Source: Chthoniobacterales bacterium
GTDB lineage: Bacteria; Verrucomicrobiota; Verrucomicrobiia; Chthoniobacterales; UBA10450
Reading direction: 5' to 3'
Assembly (NCBI GenBank): GCA_025934755.1
Contig: JAICWQ010000001.1
Span: 1 to 56,652 of the forward strand
Length of the DNA: 56,652 nt
The notes under the pieces were generated by a model. That model saw only the letters and a program-made list of their open reading frames with translations, did not search any database and was not told where the DNA came from. Below, in pieces: positions 35,700 through 45,350 of the stretch; position 1 is the first letter of the stretch; every line of letters starts with the position of its first letter. The position numbers and the translations under genes were made by a program.

Positions 35700-35834
35700 C
35701 GGATTGCCGGGTTTCCCCTGGCGAGTGTGGTGTCAGCCAAGCGACTGAGACCCAGGGACCAACGGCGTAATTAAAAAACTCGCTGCGGAGCGTGGAATAA
35801 AGAGCAAATCCGGCGCTTTGCAAGTCCTGAGAAA

Positions 35835-36632
35835 TCACCAGCTGGAACCAGCGCCGCCTCCGCCGAAACTGCCTCCGGCACCCCTAAACCCACCGTTGCT
35901 TGATGAAGAACCGCTGCTGCTTCGGCTTGAACTGCCAAGAATCAGGTTGAGCCAGAAGAAAACGACCTGCCCCCAATCGATCGTCCAGTGTGTTCCCTTG
36001 CTCGAAATATGCACTCCCTTGGTTGCGGTTCGATGCAGGCCAAAGAGCAAGCTGATCGGGATAGACAGGACCAGAAGCAACAGGGGCGCTATGTTGTGAT
36101 GATGCCGAGGAATTTCCTGAACTGCCGGTTTGGTTGCCGTGTACTCGCCTCGAATCGCTTTGAAAATCGAATTGATCCCAGTCCGCAATCCCGCTTCATA
36201 ATTGCCGGCCGCAAACTGCGGCTTCATCTGATACTCAGTGATGTTGAATGCGACGATGTCCGGGAGCGCGCCTTCCAGGCCGTAACCGACCTGGATGATC
36301 ATTTTGCGATCTTGGACAAACACGAATAGAACCACGCCATTGCGCTTGTCTTTTTGGCCAACGGCCCAGGACTCGGCAACGCGCTGGGTGTAGGCCGCGA
36401 TATCGTCATCGCTTTGCATTTTCTGAAAAACTGCGACCACGACCTGGTTTGAAGTCGCCGCCATGAATTGCATTAGCTGCCGGTCGAACTCAGCGGCAGA
36501 GGATTGGGAAACAATGCCGGCATAATCGTTGAAGTAGTGCGCGGGCGATGGCGGAATAATTTCCGTAGCCTCCACGGCGTGTAACGCCGCCATTGCGCTG
36601 ATCAACCCAATACAGACAGCAGTTCCCTTCAC
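35835..36632 (-). CDS. TPM-domain protein (YgcG-like), signal peptide, C-terminal TM and Gly-rich tail
   Basis: The TPM core is NQVVVAVF..DKRNGVVLFVFVQDRKMIIQVGYGLEGALPD, and the tail is ..GGSFGGGGAGSSW. The GTG start overlaps the upstream stop (GTGA). Confidence 0.8.
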   Translation of the reverse strand: MKGTAVCIGLISAMAALHAVEATEIIPPSPAHYFNDYAGIVSQSSAAEFDRQLMQFMAATSNQVVVAVFQKMQSDDDIAAYTQRVAESWAVGQKDKRNGVVLFVFVQDRKMIIQVGYGLEGALPDIVAFNITEYQMKPQFAAGNYEAGLRTGINSIFKAIRGEYTATKPAVQEIPRHHHNIAPLLLLVLSIPISLLFGLHRTATKGVHISSKGTHWTIDWGQVVFFWLNLILGSSSRSSSGSSSSNGGFRGAGGSFGGGGAGSSW

Positions 36633-37051
36633 TGCTCCCGATCGCGGGTCGATGTCGATTTCTTCGGGAAATGCGTAGCCATCGCCTCGCCAATTTCGCG
36701 GATCGCCTCGATCAAAGCGTGGCTGAACTTCTCGTTCCGAAAATGCTCGCGCATTTTTTCGACCAACCGTTGCCAGAGCTGCTCACCGCATTTGCGATGG
36801 ATCGCTTCGTCCCCCATGATGGCGAACTTGTGGGCGCGCGGGGCGACGAAAATCAGAACGTCGCTGTGTTGAGCGTTCTTGTGAAGGCCAAGCCGCTGAA
36901 ATCTCTTTTGTGCGGCAATCAGCGGATCGTCCTTCAGTTCGCCGCGCTGAATGAAAACGCGAATCTCGCCGGAGGTCTTCGATTCGACATCGCGAATCGC
37001 TTTTACGATCTGGTCGTGTTCCAGCCTGCTCAAAAATTCTTTCGTTCGCAT
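36629..37051 (-). CDS. Small TPM-domain (TLP18.3/Psb32/MOLO-1 type) protein, no signal peptide
   Basis: The 140-aa product contains ..SKTSGEIRVFIQRG..DVLIFVAPRAHKFAIMGDEAIH... It sits between the two YgcG-like paralogues. Confidence 0.75.
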   Translation of the reverse strand: MRTKEFLSRLEHDQIVKAIRDVESKTSGEIRVFIQRGELKDDPLIAAQKRFQRLGLHKNAQHSDVLIFVAPRAHKFAIMGDEAIHRKCGEQLWQRLVEKMREHFRNEKFSHALIEAIREIGEAMATHFPKKSTSTRDREQ

Positions 37052-37054
37052 GGA

Positions 37055-37864
37055 TTACCAACTGGAGCCGGCGCCTCCGCCGCCGAAACTGCCGCCACCG
37101 CCGCTAAATCCACCTGAGCCGCCACTGTCGCCGGACGACCAGCCTCCGCCTCCGCTCGACCAACCCCCGACATAAGATCCGCCGGCGCTGGAATAGTGAT
37201 ATCCACGGCGCCGGATCACCTTCGATATAAAGAAGAGAAACATCGTGAAAAAGAAAAAGAGCAGAACGTTGGGAACCACCGCGTCCGGTTTTTTCTGTTG
37301 ATAATTTTCACGAACCGTCTTGCCGGTCCCCTGGTATTCGCCTCGAATAGCCTTGAAGATGGAATCGATCCCTTCAGCGAGGCCGCCTTGGTAATCGTTG
37401 TTCCGAAAATGCGGTTTAATCCGATATTCAGTGATGTCGAATGCGGTCAGATCGGGAAGAGCGCCTTCCAGTCCGTAGCCGACTTGAATGAACATCTTGC
37501 GGTCCTGGGTGAACACGAATAAAACGACGCCGTTTCTTTTGTCCTTCTGCCCAACGCCCCATGCTTGGGCGACCCGTTGAGTGTAGGCAGCGATCTCATC
37601 GTCGCTCTGCATTTTTGGAAAAATCGCAACCAGGACCTGGTTCGATGTTTCGCGTTCGAATTGCGCAAGCTGGTCGTTGAAACGGCGGGCGGCTTCTTTT
37701 GGAACCACGCCAGCGTAATCGTTGAAGTAGGCCGCCGGTTTTGGCGGAATCACTTCGGCGGCGTACGATCGGATCGCAACAAACGCGGCAAGGCAAAGCG
37801 CAAATCGGACAACGGGTAGCGACGCCTCCCTGCGGCGCCCGGTTTTACAGTGACTCGATAGCAC
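37055..37864 (-). CDS. TPM-domain protein (YgcG-like), paralogue of 35835..36632
   Basis: The architecture is the same and long stretches are near-identical to the paralogue (DKRNGVVLFVFTQDRKMFIQVGYGLEGALPD; tail ..GGSFGGGGAGSSW). The start codon is GTG. Confidence 0.8.
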   Translation of the reverse strand: MLSSHCKTGRRREASLPVVRFALCLAAFVAIRSYAAEVIPPKPAAYFNDYAGVVPKEAARRFNDQLAQFERETSNQVLVAIFPKMQSDDEIAAYTQRVAQAWGVGQKDKRNGVVLFVFTQDRKMFIQVGYGLEGALPDLTAFDITEYRIKPHFRNNDYQGGLAEGIDSIFKAIRGEYQGTGKTVRENYQQKKPDAVVPNVLLFFFFTMFLFFISKVIRRRGYHYSSAGGSYVGGWSSGGGGWSSGDSGGSGGFSGGGGSFGGGGAGSSW

Positions 37865-37904
37865 GGCCGAAATCTCGCGATATCGCAGCGCGATGTCCTT
37901 ACAT

Positions 37905-38570
37905 TTACGGCGTCGCGGCCGCGGTTGCTGCGGGTGCAGCTGCCGGCGCGGGCGAACCGAAGTTAAAATTCACCGTTGGCGCTTTTTCGGCGCCTTGTTG
38001 TGCAGCAAAGAATGGCCGCGGCGAAAATCCAAACATCCCCGCAATCATATTGGTGGGAAAGCGGCGGACCGCGACGTTGTAGTCCTGGACCACGGTATTG
38101 AATTTATTTCGCTCGACGGCAATTCTGTTTTCCGTTCCCTCAAGCTGCGCTTGAAGTCCGCGAAAATTTTCGGTCGCAGTCAGCTGGGGATAATTTTCGG
38201 CGACAACCAGCAGGCGCGAGAGGGCGTTGCTCAATTGCCCCTGGGCCGCCTGGAATTCTTCGAGTTGTTTGGCGTCGGTTGGCGCTTTACTCGGGTCGAG
38301 CTGAACCCGGCCGACACTGGCCCGAGCATTGGTCACTTCGGTGAGGGTCGATTTTTCGAAGTTCGCAGCCCCGGCGACGGTATTTACCAGGTTGGGAATC
38401 AAATCCGCCCGGCGCTGATAGACCGTTTGAACCTGCGCCCATTGCGCATCGACCCCTTGTTGCAGACCGACCAGCCGATTGTAGGTCCCCCAGAAAAATA
38501 GCCCGATGACAAAAACGATGAAGACGAGAATGACGACAAGACCGCCACAACCGATCGCAAATTTGTTCAT
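37905..38570 (-). CDS. lemA: LemA family membrane protein
   Basis: An N-terminal TM segment is followed by YNRLVGLQQGVDAQWAQVQTVYQRRADLIPNLV and ..RRFPTNMIAGMFGF.., both typical of LemA. The C-terminus has an Ala/Pro-rich tail. Confidence 0.9.
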   Translation of the reverse strand: MNKFAIGCGGLVVILVFIVFVIGLFFWGTYNRLVGLQQGVDAQWAQVQTVYQRRADLIPNLVNTVAGAANFEKSTLTEVTNARASVGRVQLDPSKAPTDAKQLEEFQAAQGQLSNALSRLLVVAENYPQLTATENFRGLQAQLEGTENRIAVERNKFNTVVQDYNVAVRRFPTNMIAGMFGFSPRPFFAAQQGAEKAPTVNFNFGSPAPAAAPAATAAATP

Positions 38571-38705
38571 AAGATCGACAATTTAAACTGCGGCAATCGT
38601 TTAGGAAAGAGCCATCCAAGTCAAACTGAGTTGCCCCGGAAAGCGCCGGCAGAACGTTCATCAACACCGGTCTTCAACCCGGTGTTAATTGTAGAGCGTC
38701 CTGCG

Positions 38706-39731
38706 CTAACGTCCCAGCACCAGGCGCAAAAAATATGCATCGGAGAATTTCGCGCTCATTCCCTGGCGCACGATGAGGGCGTGCATCGAGGGTATGACGA
38801 ACAAGCGCTGATAATTTGAGCCGAGCGCAACCACCATGTCGGCTGGCGCAGCCCGGCAAACACAGATCCCGCCCCAGCGCGCCCGTTGCCATTTGAGGTC
38901 GAGCTCTTTTTCGTAATCAATCTCCCGCGCATTGGGCGCCTGCCGATTCAGCCAAAGCGTCAATCCGTAGGACGGATTGGCGCTCGACCCTACGAATGCC
39001 TGGGCAAGCAAGCTTGCTGGAACGATTTGCCTTCCATTGTAATTGCCATGTCCCAGCAGCAATTCTCCGAATCGCGACCATTCCCGTGCCGTAAGCTCGA
39101 ATCCGCTCGCCGGTAAAGGATTGCCTCGCCCGTCCTTCTTGAACTCGAGGCTCGTTAGGCCAAGAGGGGAGAGAATGTTTTCGTTAATGTAAGAGATTGT
39201 CGATTTCCCGTTTAGTTTTCGGCGAAGCAGCTCGTTGAAAATCTGAAGATGACTTGGGCCGTAGGCGAACACCGCGCCTGGCGGCGCAACCGTTGGCAAC
39301 TGGATTGCGACAGCGTCACGGTCTCGAATCGAATCGCTATGGAGGTGCGGCGCCGGTTCGATCCCGTCGGTTTGATTCAACAATTCGCGGATCGTGATCT
39401 GCGATTTCCTGGGATCGGTCTTCCATTCTGTGATGGTATCGGCGACGTGGTCGTCGAGCCGGATCAGTCCGTCGCGGGCGGCGCAAAGCGCGGCGAGTCC
39501 CCAGAAACTTTTTGTGCCGCTAAAAATTTTGCAGCGCATCTCTGCTCCGCCACCATTCGAGTAATGTTCGAAAATGGTCTTTCCGTTTTGCATCACCAGC
39601 GTTGAAAAACCGCGATTATTCGCTGAGTAGGCTGCGGCGCGGGCGCAATTGCCGGGTTGAATATCAGCGGCGAAGGCGATTGTTGATGTTGCGAGAATGA
39701 AGGCGAACAACAAATGGATTGGGTAAAACAT
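38706..39731 (-). CDS. Serine hydrolase of the beta-lactamase/transpeptidase-like (class C-like) family, secreted
   Basis: The SxxK motif is present (FSGTKSF). The ATG at 39731 gives the signal peptide MFYPIHLLFAFILATSTIAFA. The 40 codons upstream of it in the track ORF are not supported. Confidence 0.8.
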   Translation of the reverse strand: MFYPIHLLFAFILATSTIAFAADIQPGNCARAAAYSANNRGFSTLVMQNGKTIFEHYSNGGGAEMRCKIFSGTKSFWGLAALCAARDGLIRLDDHVADTITEWKTDPRKSQITIRELLNQTDGIEPAPHLHSDSIRDRDAVAIQLPTVAPPGAVFAYGPSHLQIFNELLRRKLNGKSTISYINENILSPLGLTSLEFKKDGRGNPLPASGFELTAREWSRFGELLLGHGNYNGRQIVPASLLAQAFVGSSANPSYGLTLWLNRQAPNAREIDYEKELDLKWQRARWGGICVCRAAPADMVVALGSNYQRLFVIPSMHALIVRQGMSAKFSDAYFLRLVLGR

Positions 39732-39850
39732 GCGTGCCCCAATCGCGAAGTTTGAAAAAGATTGTTTCGGCGAGACGCCAAGAGTCCGGGCCGTCCCGAC
39801 CGTAACACGCGAGAGGCGTGGGCTACCCGGACGTTCCGCTGCTGCGCGCA

Positions 39851-40486
39851 CTAGGAATTTGGTGAAACTTCGGGCGCGGGCTCAGCCGTTGCTGCTGCTG
39901 CCGGCTCGGGACGAGGTGCGACCGGCAAATGCCGAGTTCGCAGTTCTTCAACGTTAGGCAGCTCATTGAGCGTGCGCAGGCCAAAGTGATCGAGAAAAAA
40001 CTCGGTCGTTTCGTAAAGCAATGGGCGGCCGGGAATCTCCGCCCGTCCGGAGATTTTCACCAGCCCGCGCTCCATCAAGGTTTGAAGGACGCCATCGATG
40101 GTTACGCCGCGGACGGCTTCGACATCCGCGCGAGTGATTGGTTGGCGATAAGCAATGATGGCAAGTGTTTCCAGGGCGGGCGAACTGAGACGGGCTGGTT
40201 TCGGGGCAGGAAATAATCCGCGGACCCATTGCGCGTATTTGGGGTCACTGGTCAGCTGCCAGCCTCCGGCCTTCTCAACCAGTTGAAAGCCGTGCTCGTT
40301 TTGAATGTATTCCACCTTCAATTGTTCGATTGCGGCGGCGACTTCCGCCGGTTTCGCGTTTGCGAACTCGTTAGGGGCAAAGTCGTCTTCCGCGCCCGCA
40401 TTGCGCAAAAGGTCGACAACTTCCTTCACTGACAACGGCTTGCGCGCGCTGAACAGCAGAGCTTCGATGACGTGCGATAATGTCAT
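39851..40486 (-). CDS. scpB: Segregation and condensation protein B
   Basis: The sequence MTLSHVIEALLFSARKPLSVKEV.. and ..YRQPITRADVEAVRGV.. match the ScpB winged-helix repeats. The track start at 40519 is TTG, so the ATG at 40486 is preferred. Confidence 0.9.
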   Translation of the reverse strand: MTLSHVIEALLFSARKPLSVKEVVDLLRNAGAEDDFAPNEFANAKPAEVAAAIEQLKVEYIQNEHGFQLVEKAGGWQLTSDPKYAQWVRGLFPAPKPARLSSPALETLAIIAYRQPITRADVEAVRGVTIDGVLQTLMERGLVKISGRAEIPGRPLLYETTEFFLDHFGLRTLNELPNVEELRTRHLPVAPRPEPAAAATAEPAPEVSPNS

Positions 40487-40519
40487 GTTGCAGACTTTTG
40501 TGTAAGCGTATGACGACAA

Positions 40520-40660
40520 TAGCCCGGCATTTCAACGCTGGGATCTAATAATCCACACGTGCCTGGTTCGTGAGGGGACGAAAGGAATGTTCTTCCGCCC
40601 CTGACGGGACTGCTCGTCAGCGGGATGCGTTTGCTCCAGCCTTCAAAGGCTGGGCTATTA
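40520..40660. repeat. Cluster of short GC hairpins with A/T loops in the glmM-scpB spacer
   Basis: The hairpins are CCCGGC-ATTTCAA-CGCTGGG, GGGGACGAAAGGAA..TTCTTCCGCCCC, CTGACG-GGACTGCT-CGTCAG (40601-20) and CCAGCC-TTCAAA-GGCTGG (40636-53). Confidence 0.65.
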
Positions 40661-40683
40661 GAAATTTGCTTAGACATGGAGCG

Positions 40684-42072
40684 TCAATTTGCGCCGATCG
40701 CGGTTTGGATCGCATCGGCAATTCGATTGGCGTGTTTGTCGATCTTATCCAGTTCACGGCCTTCGATTAAAAGCCGGATTTTTGATTCGGTGCCGGAGTA
40801 ACGGAGAAGGACCCGGCCCTTGCCGCCAAGCTCGCGCTCAACTTCGTCGCGCAACTTCACGACCTCGCGCAGTTCTTCAATGGGCGGTTTCGATCTCACG
40901 GCCAGATTGCGCTGGGCTTGCGGATATTTCTCCAGGCATTTTTTCAGTTTACTCAACGGTTGACCCGTTTCGCGCATGATGCGCAGGATTTGGAGCGCAC
41001 TGATGATGCCGTCACCGGTGGTGGTAAAATCGCGGAAGATCAGGTGACCGCTTTGTTCGCCGCCAAGATTCAAATTCTTTTTCATCATCTCCTCGATCAC
41101 GTAACGATCGCCGACTTTTGTTCGAACGACTTTGCCGCCCTTGGCCGCCAGTGATTCGTCGAGGCCGGAATTACTCATAACGGTCGCGACCAGGGTTTTA
41201 TCGCGGAGTTGGTTCGACTTCAAAAGATCGAGCGCTGCGATCGCAAGAATTTCGTCGCCGTCCACGATCTCGCCGTCTTCGTCGCAGAGGAGAACGCGGT
41301 CGGCGTCGCCATCGTGGGTTATGCCAATGTCGGCGTCGGTAGCTTCCACGATGCGCTGGATTTCATCCGGATAAGTGCTGCCGCAGCCGTCGTTGATGTT
41401 CATCCCATTCGGCTCATTATGCGCTACGACAACTTCGGCGCCGAGCTCACGCAAGATGCAAGGCGTCGATTTGTAAGCCGCGCCATTGGCGACATCGACG
41501 GCGACGCGCATTCCTTCCAATGACATGTCACGAGGGAAACTGCGTTTCGCGAATTCAACATAGCGACCGAGGGCATCGTCGATGCGAGTTGCGCGGCCGA
41601 TATTTCCTGCAGTCGGCCGAATGTTGTCGATCTTGCCGGTGAAAACGAGGTCCTCGATTTGGGCTTCGATCTGATCGTCGAGTTTGTAGCCGTCGTGCCG
41701 GAAGAATTTTATGCCGTTGTCCTCATACGAATTGTGGGATGCGGACAGAACGATTCCGGCGTCGGCGCGAAGCGAACGGGTGATATAGGCGACGCCGGGG
41801 GTCGGCAGCGGGCCAATCACAAGAACGTCAACCCCGAGGGAGGTGATTCCGGCAACCAGCGCGTTCTCGAGCATGTAACCGGAGCGGCGGGTGTCTTTGC
41901 CGAGAACGATTTTCGGTCGGCCGCCTTCCGGTAGAGTGCGAGGATTTAACCGGGTGAACACATGGGCGGCGGCGCGGCCAAGTTTCAATGCCGTCTCCGC
42001 CGTGACTGGTTCAACATTGGCGATACCGCGAACGCCATCCGTCCCGAAGATCTTGTTCGCCTGCTGGTTCAC
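40684..42072 (-). CDS. glmM: Phosphoglucosamine mutase
   Basis: FGTDGVRG, the active-site Ser loop SASHNSYEDNGIKFF and the metal loop THDGDADR are present. Confidence 0.97.
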   Translation of the reverse strand: MNQQANKIFGTDGVRGIANVEPVTAETALKLGRAAAHVFTRLNPRTLPEGGRPKIVLGKDTRRSGYMLENALVAGITSLGVDVLVIGPLPTPGVAYITRSLRADAGIVLSASHNSYEDNGIKFFRHDGYKLDDQIEAQIEDLVFTGKIDNIRPTAGNIGRATRIDDALGRYVEFAKRSFPRDMSLEGMRVAVDVANGAAYKSTPCILRELGAEVVVAHNEPNGMNINDGCGSTYPDEIQRIVEATDADIGITHDGDADRVLLCDEDGEIVDGDEILAIAALDLLKSNQLRDKTLVATVMSNSGLDESLAAKGGKVVRTKVGDRYVIEEMMKKNLNLGGEQSGHLIFRDFTTTGDGIISALQILRIMRETGQPLSKLKKCLEKYPQAQRNLAVRSKPPIEELREVVKLRDEVERELGGKGRVLLRYSGTESKIRLLIEGRELDKIDKHANRIADAIQTAIGAN

Positions 42073-42121
42073 GACCCTACTGAAACGCTCGGATGCCAGT
42101 TCGTAAACGGGAAAGTGTCGC

Positions 42122-43888
42122 TCATTTTCCAGGAGGGTGGTCTCGATTGTGATCGCTCAGGAAAATGCATTCGTTGTCAAGCCCGAGCGCAACGGTGTTC
42201 CATTTCAATGGAAACTTTTCGAGGAGTTGGGTGCGCTGAATGACCGGCGCCCAGTCCTTATATTCGCCTTTTACAATGTCGCGGAACTTATTGTCTGTTC
42301 CGCTGATTGGGGTGAGATAAACCCCGTTCACCGGTGCGCCAAGGACATCGTAATCGCTGAGATCGGTTAATGTTCGAATCGTTTCCGGCAGCCACAAACT
42401 TCGGCGGTTTGCGTACCACGCGACCGCCCAGGGCATGTCGGAGGCGGTAATTTCTTCGGGCTGCATCCAATCGTTCAACACTCCAATCAGCCCCGGCATG
42501 TAGGGTGGCCACCGGACGAACGGCTTTGGCGGAGAAAGCCAGGGCGTCGTGAAGATCATCGGCAAAGCGCACAGCAGATAGAGGAGGGTGAGAAAACCAA
42601 CCCGCGCGAAGGGAATATCGACCGCGAGCCGATTCCATTGCACAAGAAGATAAGCGAGACCGTAGCAGGTCATCAGAGGGATGAAGATCAGATGCAGCTG
42701 ATTTGCAGCCACACCTTGTTCTTCGTTGATTCCGTAAAGGCACATCCCGAGCACCGCGCCGCCCCACATCGCCAAAATCATCCAACGGATGGCAGCGGTT
42801 TCGGTTCGCTTAAACGGGTGGAGTAGCGAACCAAAAAACATCAGTGCCACCACACTGAGTCCGAAATATTCGAAGAGATGTGCGGTTTGCGAGGTCAGGC
42901 CAATCGTCAGTTTGTCGCGGAACGAACCGAGCAAACCGGTCCCCGGATCAAAGTTCATTTGTCGCATCCACCCCCACTCGGTGTGACCGATTCCGGTGAA
43001 AAGTGAGTAGATCGCAACGCCTCCAGGATTTCCGCAGACTGCGAAGGTGCGAATCAGCCAGGGAACATAAATGATCGCCCAAGCGCCAAGCATGATTGCG
43101 GCCTTCCATCCCCGGGGCCGGAAGAAAAAGGCGGTGAAGATTAGCGCGCCCAGAAAAATCCAGAAAGTCAGAGCGTGAGTCAGAGCAAGCAGACCGAACA
43201 CGGCGCCCACGGCGGCGAGCCATTTTATGACCGATTCGCCCGCATAATGTGCTTCGACCGCTCGGACTAGCAGATAAACGGCGGAGTTGAACAACAGGAG
43301 CAACAGCATTTGCGGCAACCCCGACAGCGAATATTGCCACAGGGCATCACAAAGAATGACCAAACCGCACGCGAGCAAGGCAAGGCGTTGATCGAACAAT
43401 CGCCGCGCAGTAAAGAAGAGGATGACGATCGACCCGAGAAAGAGCAGGATCGACATGATCGCAATCGCCCGATCGCCGGCGTAAATCAGAGTGCGCGGCG
43501 TAATCTTCCAGTGAGCCTTGACGAACAAGAGGGCGATCGCATCGATGAATGGCGGCAACGGGGCGTTATAGGTGTCGGTCCAAATTTTGCCGGTGACCGA
43601 TTTTCCATGAGCCTGGAGTTGGCCAATTGCCAGCGGGCGGACCACTTTGGTTTTCCAACCCTCGCCGCTGGCAATAGCGCGTCCGATTTGGGCCTGGTCC
43701 ATTCCCTGAGAGGTGGAAAGTCCGCGAAACTGATACAGGTAAATGGCCGCGATGCCGATGATACCAAGGGCGATCGCGCCGCGTTTGATCCAAACCGCGA
43801 GACCGCCAGCTTCCAGCGCGTGGACGGCGCTTTGAATGAATTCTTCGCTACCCGGCATGTTGTTTCGGTTCGGACTTTGTCGCAGCAA
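42122..43888 (-). CDS. Polytopic membrane protein, GT-C fold glycosyltransferase-like (GT39/ArnT/PMT-like)
   Basis: The product has more than 10 predicted TM segments. The first periplasmic loop, MDQAQIGRAIASGEGW, resembles the DE..A..G.GW motif of ArnT/PMT enzymes. A ~150-aa soluble domain forms the C-terminus. The track start is TTG, and the ATG at 43858 is an alternative. Either start overlaps the response-regulator stop. Confidence 0.6.
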   Translation of the reverse strand: MLRQSPNRNNMPGSEEFIQSAVHALEAGGLAVWIKRGAIALGIIGIAAIYLYQFRGLSTSQGMDQAQIGRAIASGEGWKTKVVRPLAIGQLQAHGKSVTGKIWTDTYNAPLPPFIDAIALLFVKAHWKITPRTLIYAGDRAIAIMSILLFLGSIVILFFTARRLFDQRLALLACGLVILCDALWQYSLSGLPQMLLLLLFNSAVYLLVRAVEAHYAGESVIKWLAAVGAVFGLLALTHALTFWIFLGALIFTAFFFRPRGWKAAIMLGAWAIIYVPWLIRTFAVCGNPGGVAIYSLFTGIGHTEWGWMRQMNFDPGTGLLGSFRDKLTIGLTSQTAHLFEYFGLSVVALMFFGSLLHPFKRTETAAIRWMILAMWGGAVLGMCLYGINEEQGVAANQLHLIFIPLMTCYGLAYLLVQWNRLAVDIPFARVGFLTLLYLLCALPMIFTTPWLSPPKPFVRWPPYMPGLIGVLNDWMQPEEITASDMPWAVAWYANRRSLWLPETIRTLTDLSDYDVLGAPVNGVYLTPISGTDNKFRDIVKGEYKDWAPVIQRTQLLEKFPLKWNTVALGLDNECIFLSDHNRDHPPGK

Positions 43889-45278
43889 TTTCCTTTTCTG
43901 CGTTCAATTCGTTGATCTTTCGGTGAAGGGTGCGCCGGCTGATCCCAAGTTTTTTAGCAGCTGCAGTGACGTTTCCGTTGGTTGTAGTCAGCGCCTGCAA
44001 GATGAGTTTGCGTTCGGTTTCGTGGAGATCGAGCGGGCTGGCTTTTTCGCCGAACGCTTTTGAGGGAGAGATTCCGCGCGGGAGAGCAGCACCGGCGGCT
44101 TGTCGCAACGATGGCGGCAGGTCGCGGACGGTGATTTTTGGTCCGGTCGTCATGACTACGCCATGCTCGATGGCCGTTCGCAATTCCCGCACGTTTCCTG
44201 GCCAGTTGTAAGTCAGTAGCGCGTTCATCGCCTCAGGCGTCAAATCGATAACTTCCTTGTCGTTGGCCTTCGAAAATTGACGCACGAAGGCGCGCACCAG
44301 CAACGGAATATCGTCTTTTCGCTCACGCAAAGGTGGCATGACGATGCGCACGACGTTAAGACGAAAATACAAATCGTCCCGGAATTTCCCTTCTTTCACC
44401 AATTGTTCGAGGTTTTTGTTTGTTGCGGCAATCAAACGAACATCCGCCCGGAGGGTTTGATTTCCGCCTACCCGTTCGAACGCCCGTTCTTCGCTCATCA
44501 CCCGGAGTAATTTTACCTGCGTCGAAAGGGGAATCTCCGCGACTTCATCGAGAAAAATCGTGCCGCCGCTCGCTTGTTCGAAACGTCCAATGCGTCTTTC
44601 ATGCGCGCCGGTGAACGCTCCTTTCTCATGACCAAACAGTTCGCTTTCGAGCAAAGTTGGCGACAACGCCGCGCAATGCACAGTGACGAACTTCGCTTTG
44701 TTGCGGCGGCTCAAACTGTGAAGGGCGTGGGCCGCAAGTTCCTTTCCCGTTCCGCTTTCCCCTTCAATCAAAACGTTCGCCGACGAAGGCGCGACCTGAC
44801 GGATGATGTTCAACACTTCGTGCAGGGCAGGCGATTCACCGATGATGTTTTCGAGGCCGTAACGTTCGTCGACTTGCTGGCGCAGCGTCCGGTTCTCCTC
44901 GGTCAACTTGCGGTCTCGCAGCGCTCGCGAAATCAGTATCTCGACCTTGTCCAGATTCAACGGCTTGGTTACGAAATCATAAGCCCCGCCTTTCATCGCT
45001 TCGACGGCGGTGTCGACCGAACCGTAGGCAGTCATCATGATGCAAATTGGCGGGTCGGGCATTTTCAGGGCCCGGCCGATCAATTGCATTCCGTCCTCGG
45101 GGCCGAGGCGCAGGTCGGTCAGTAATAAGTCGACGTGCTCGCGTTCGAGGACGTTCATCGCGCTGGTGATGTCGCTTGCGACATAAACATCGTAGTCGCT
45201 CTCGAGCAATCGGCGCAGCCCGTCGCGCGTATGTTTTTCATCATCGACGACGAGAATCGTAGGCTGGATGGAGTCCAT
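43848..45278 (-). CDS. Sigma-54-dependent response regulator (NtrC/AtoC family)
   Basis: A receiver domain is present ([20 protein letters not shown]). The AAA+ domain carries GESGTGKE and the GAFTGA loop ([15 protein letters not shown]). A C-terminal Fis-type HTH is present. Confidence 0.95.
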   Translation of the reverse strand: MDSIQPTILVVDDEKHTRDGLRRLLESDYDVYVASDITSAMNVLEREHVDLLLTDLRLGPEDGMQLIGRALKMPDPPICIMMTAYGSVDTAVEAMKGGAYDFVTKPLNLDKVEILISRALRDRKLTEENRTLRQQVDERYGLENIIGESPALHEVLNIIRQVAPSSANVLIEGESGTGKELAAHALHSLSRRNKAKFVTVHCAALSPTLLESELFGHEKGAFTGAHERRIGRFEQASGGTIFLDEVAEIPLSTQVKLLRVMSEERAFERVGGNQTLRADVRLIAATNKNLEQLVKEGKFRDDLYFRLNVVRIVMPPLRERKDDIPLLVRAFVRQFSKANDKEVIDLTPEAMNALLTYNWPGNVRELRTAIEHGVVMTTGPKITVRDLPPSLRQAAGAALPRGISPSKAFGEKASPLDLHETERKLILQALTTTNGNVTAAAKKLGISRRTLHRKINELNAEKEIAATKSEPKQHAG

Positions 45279-45350
45279 GAGATGTATTGCCGCAGGACTG
45301 CGTCATTTATTCTCACTCAACCGCATAATCTCTCAATGAGGAAGATTACT

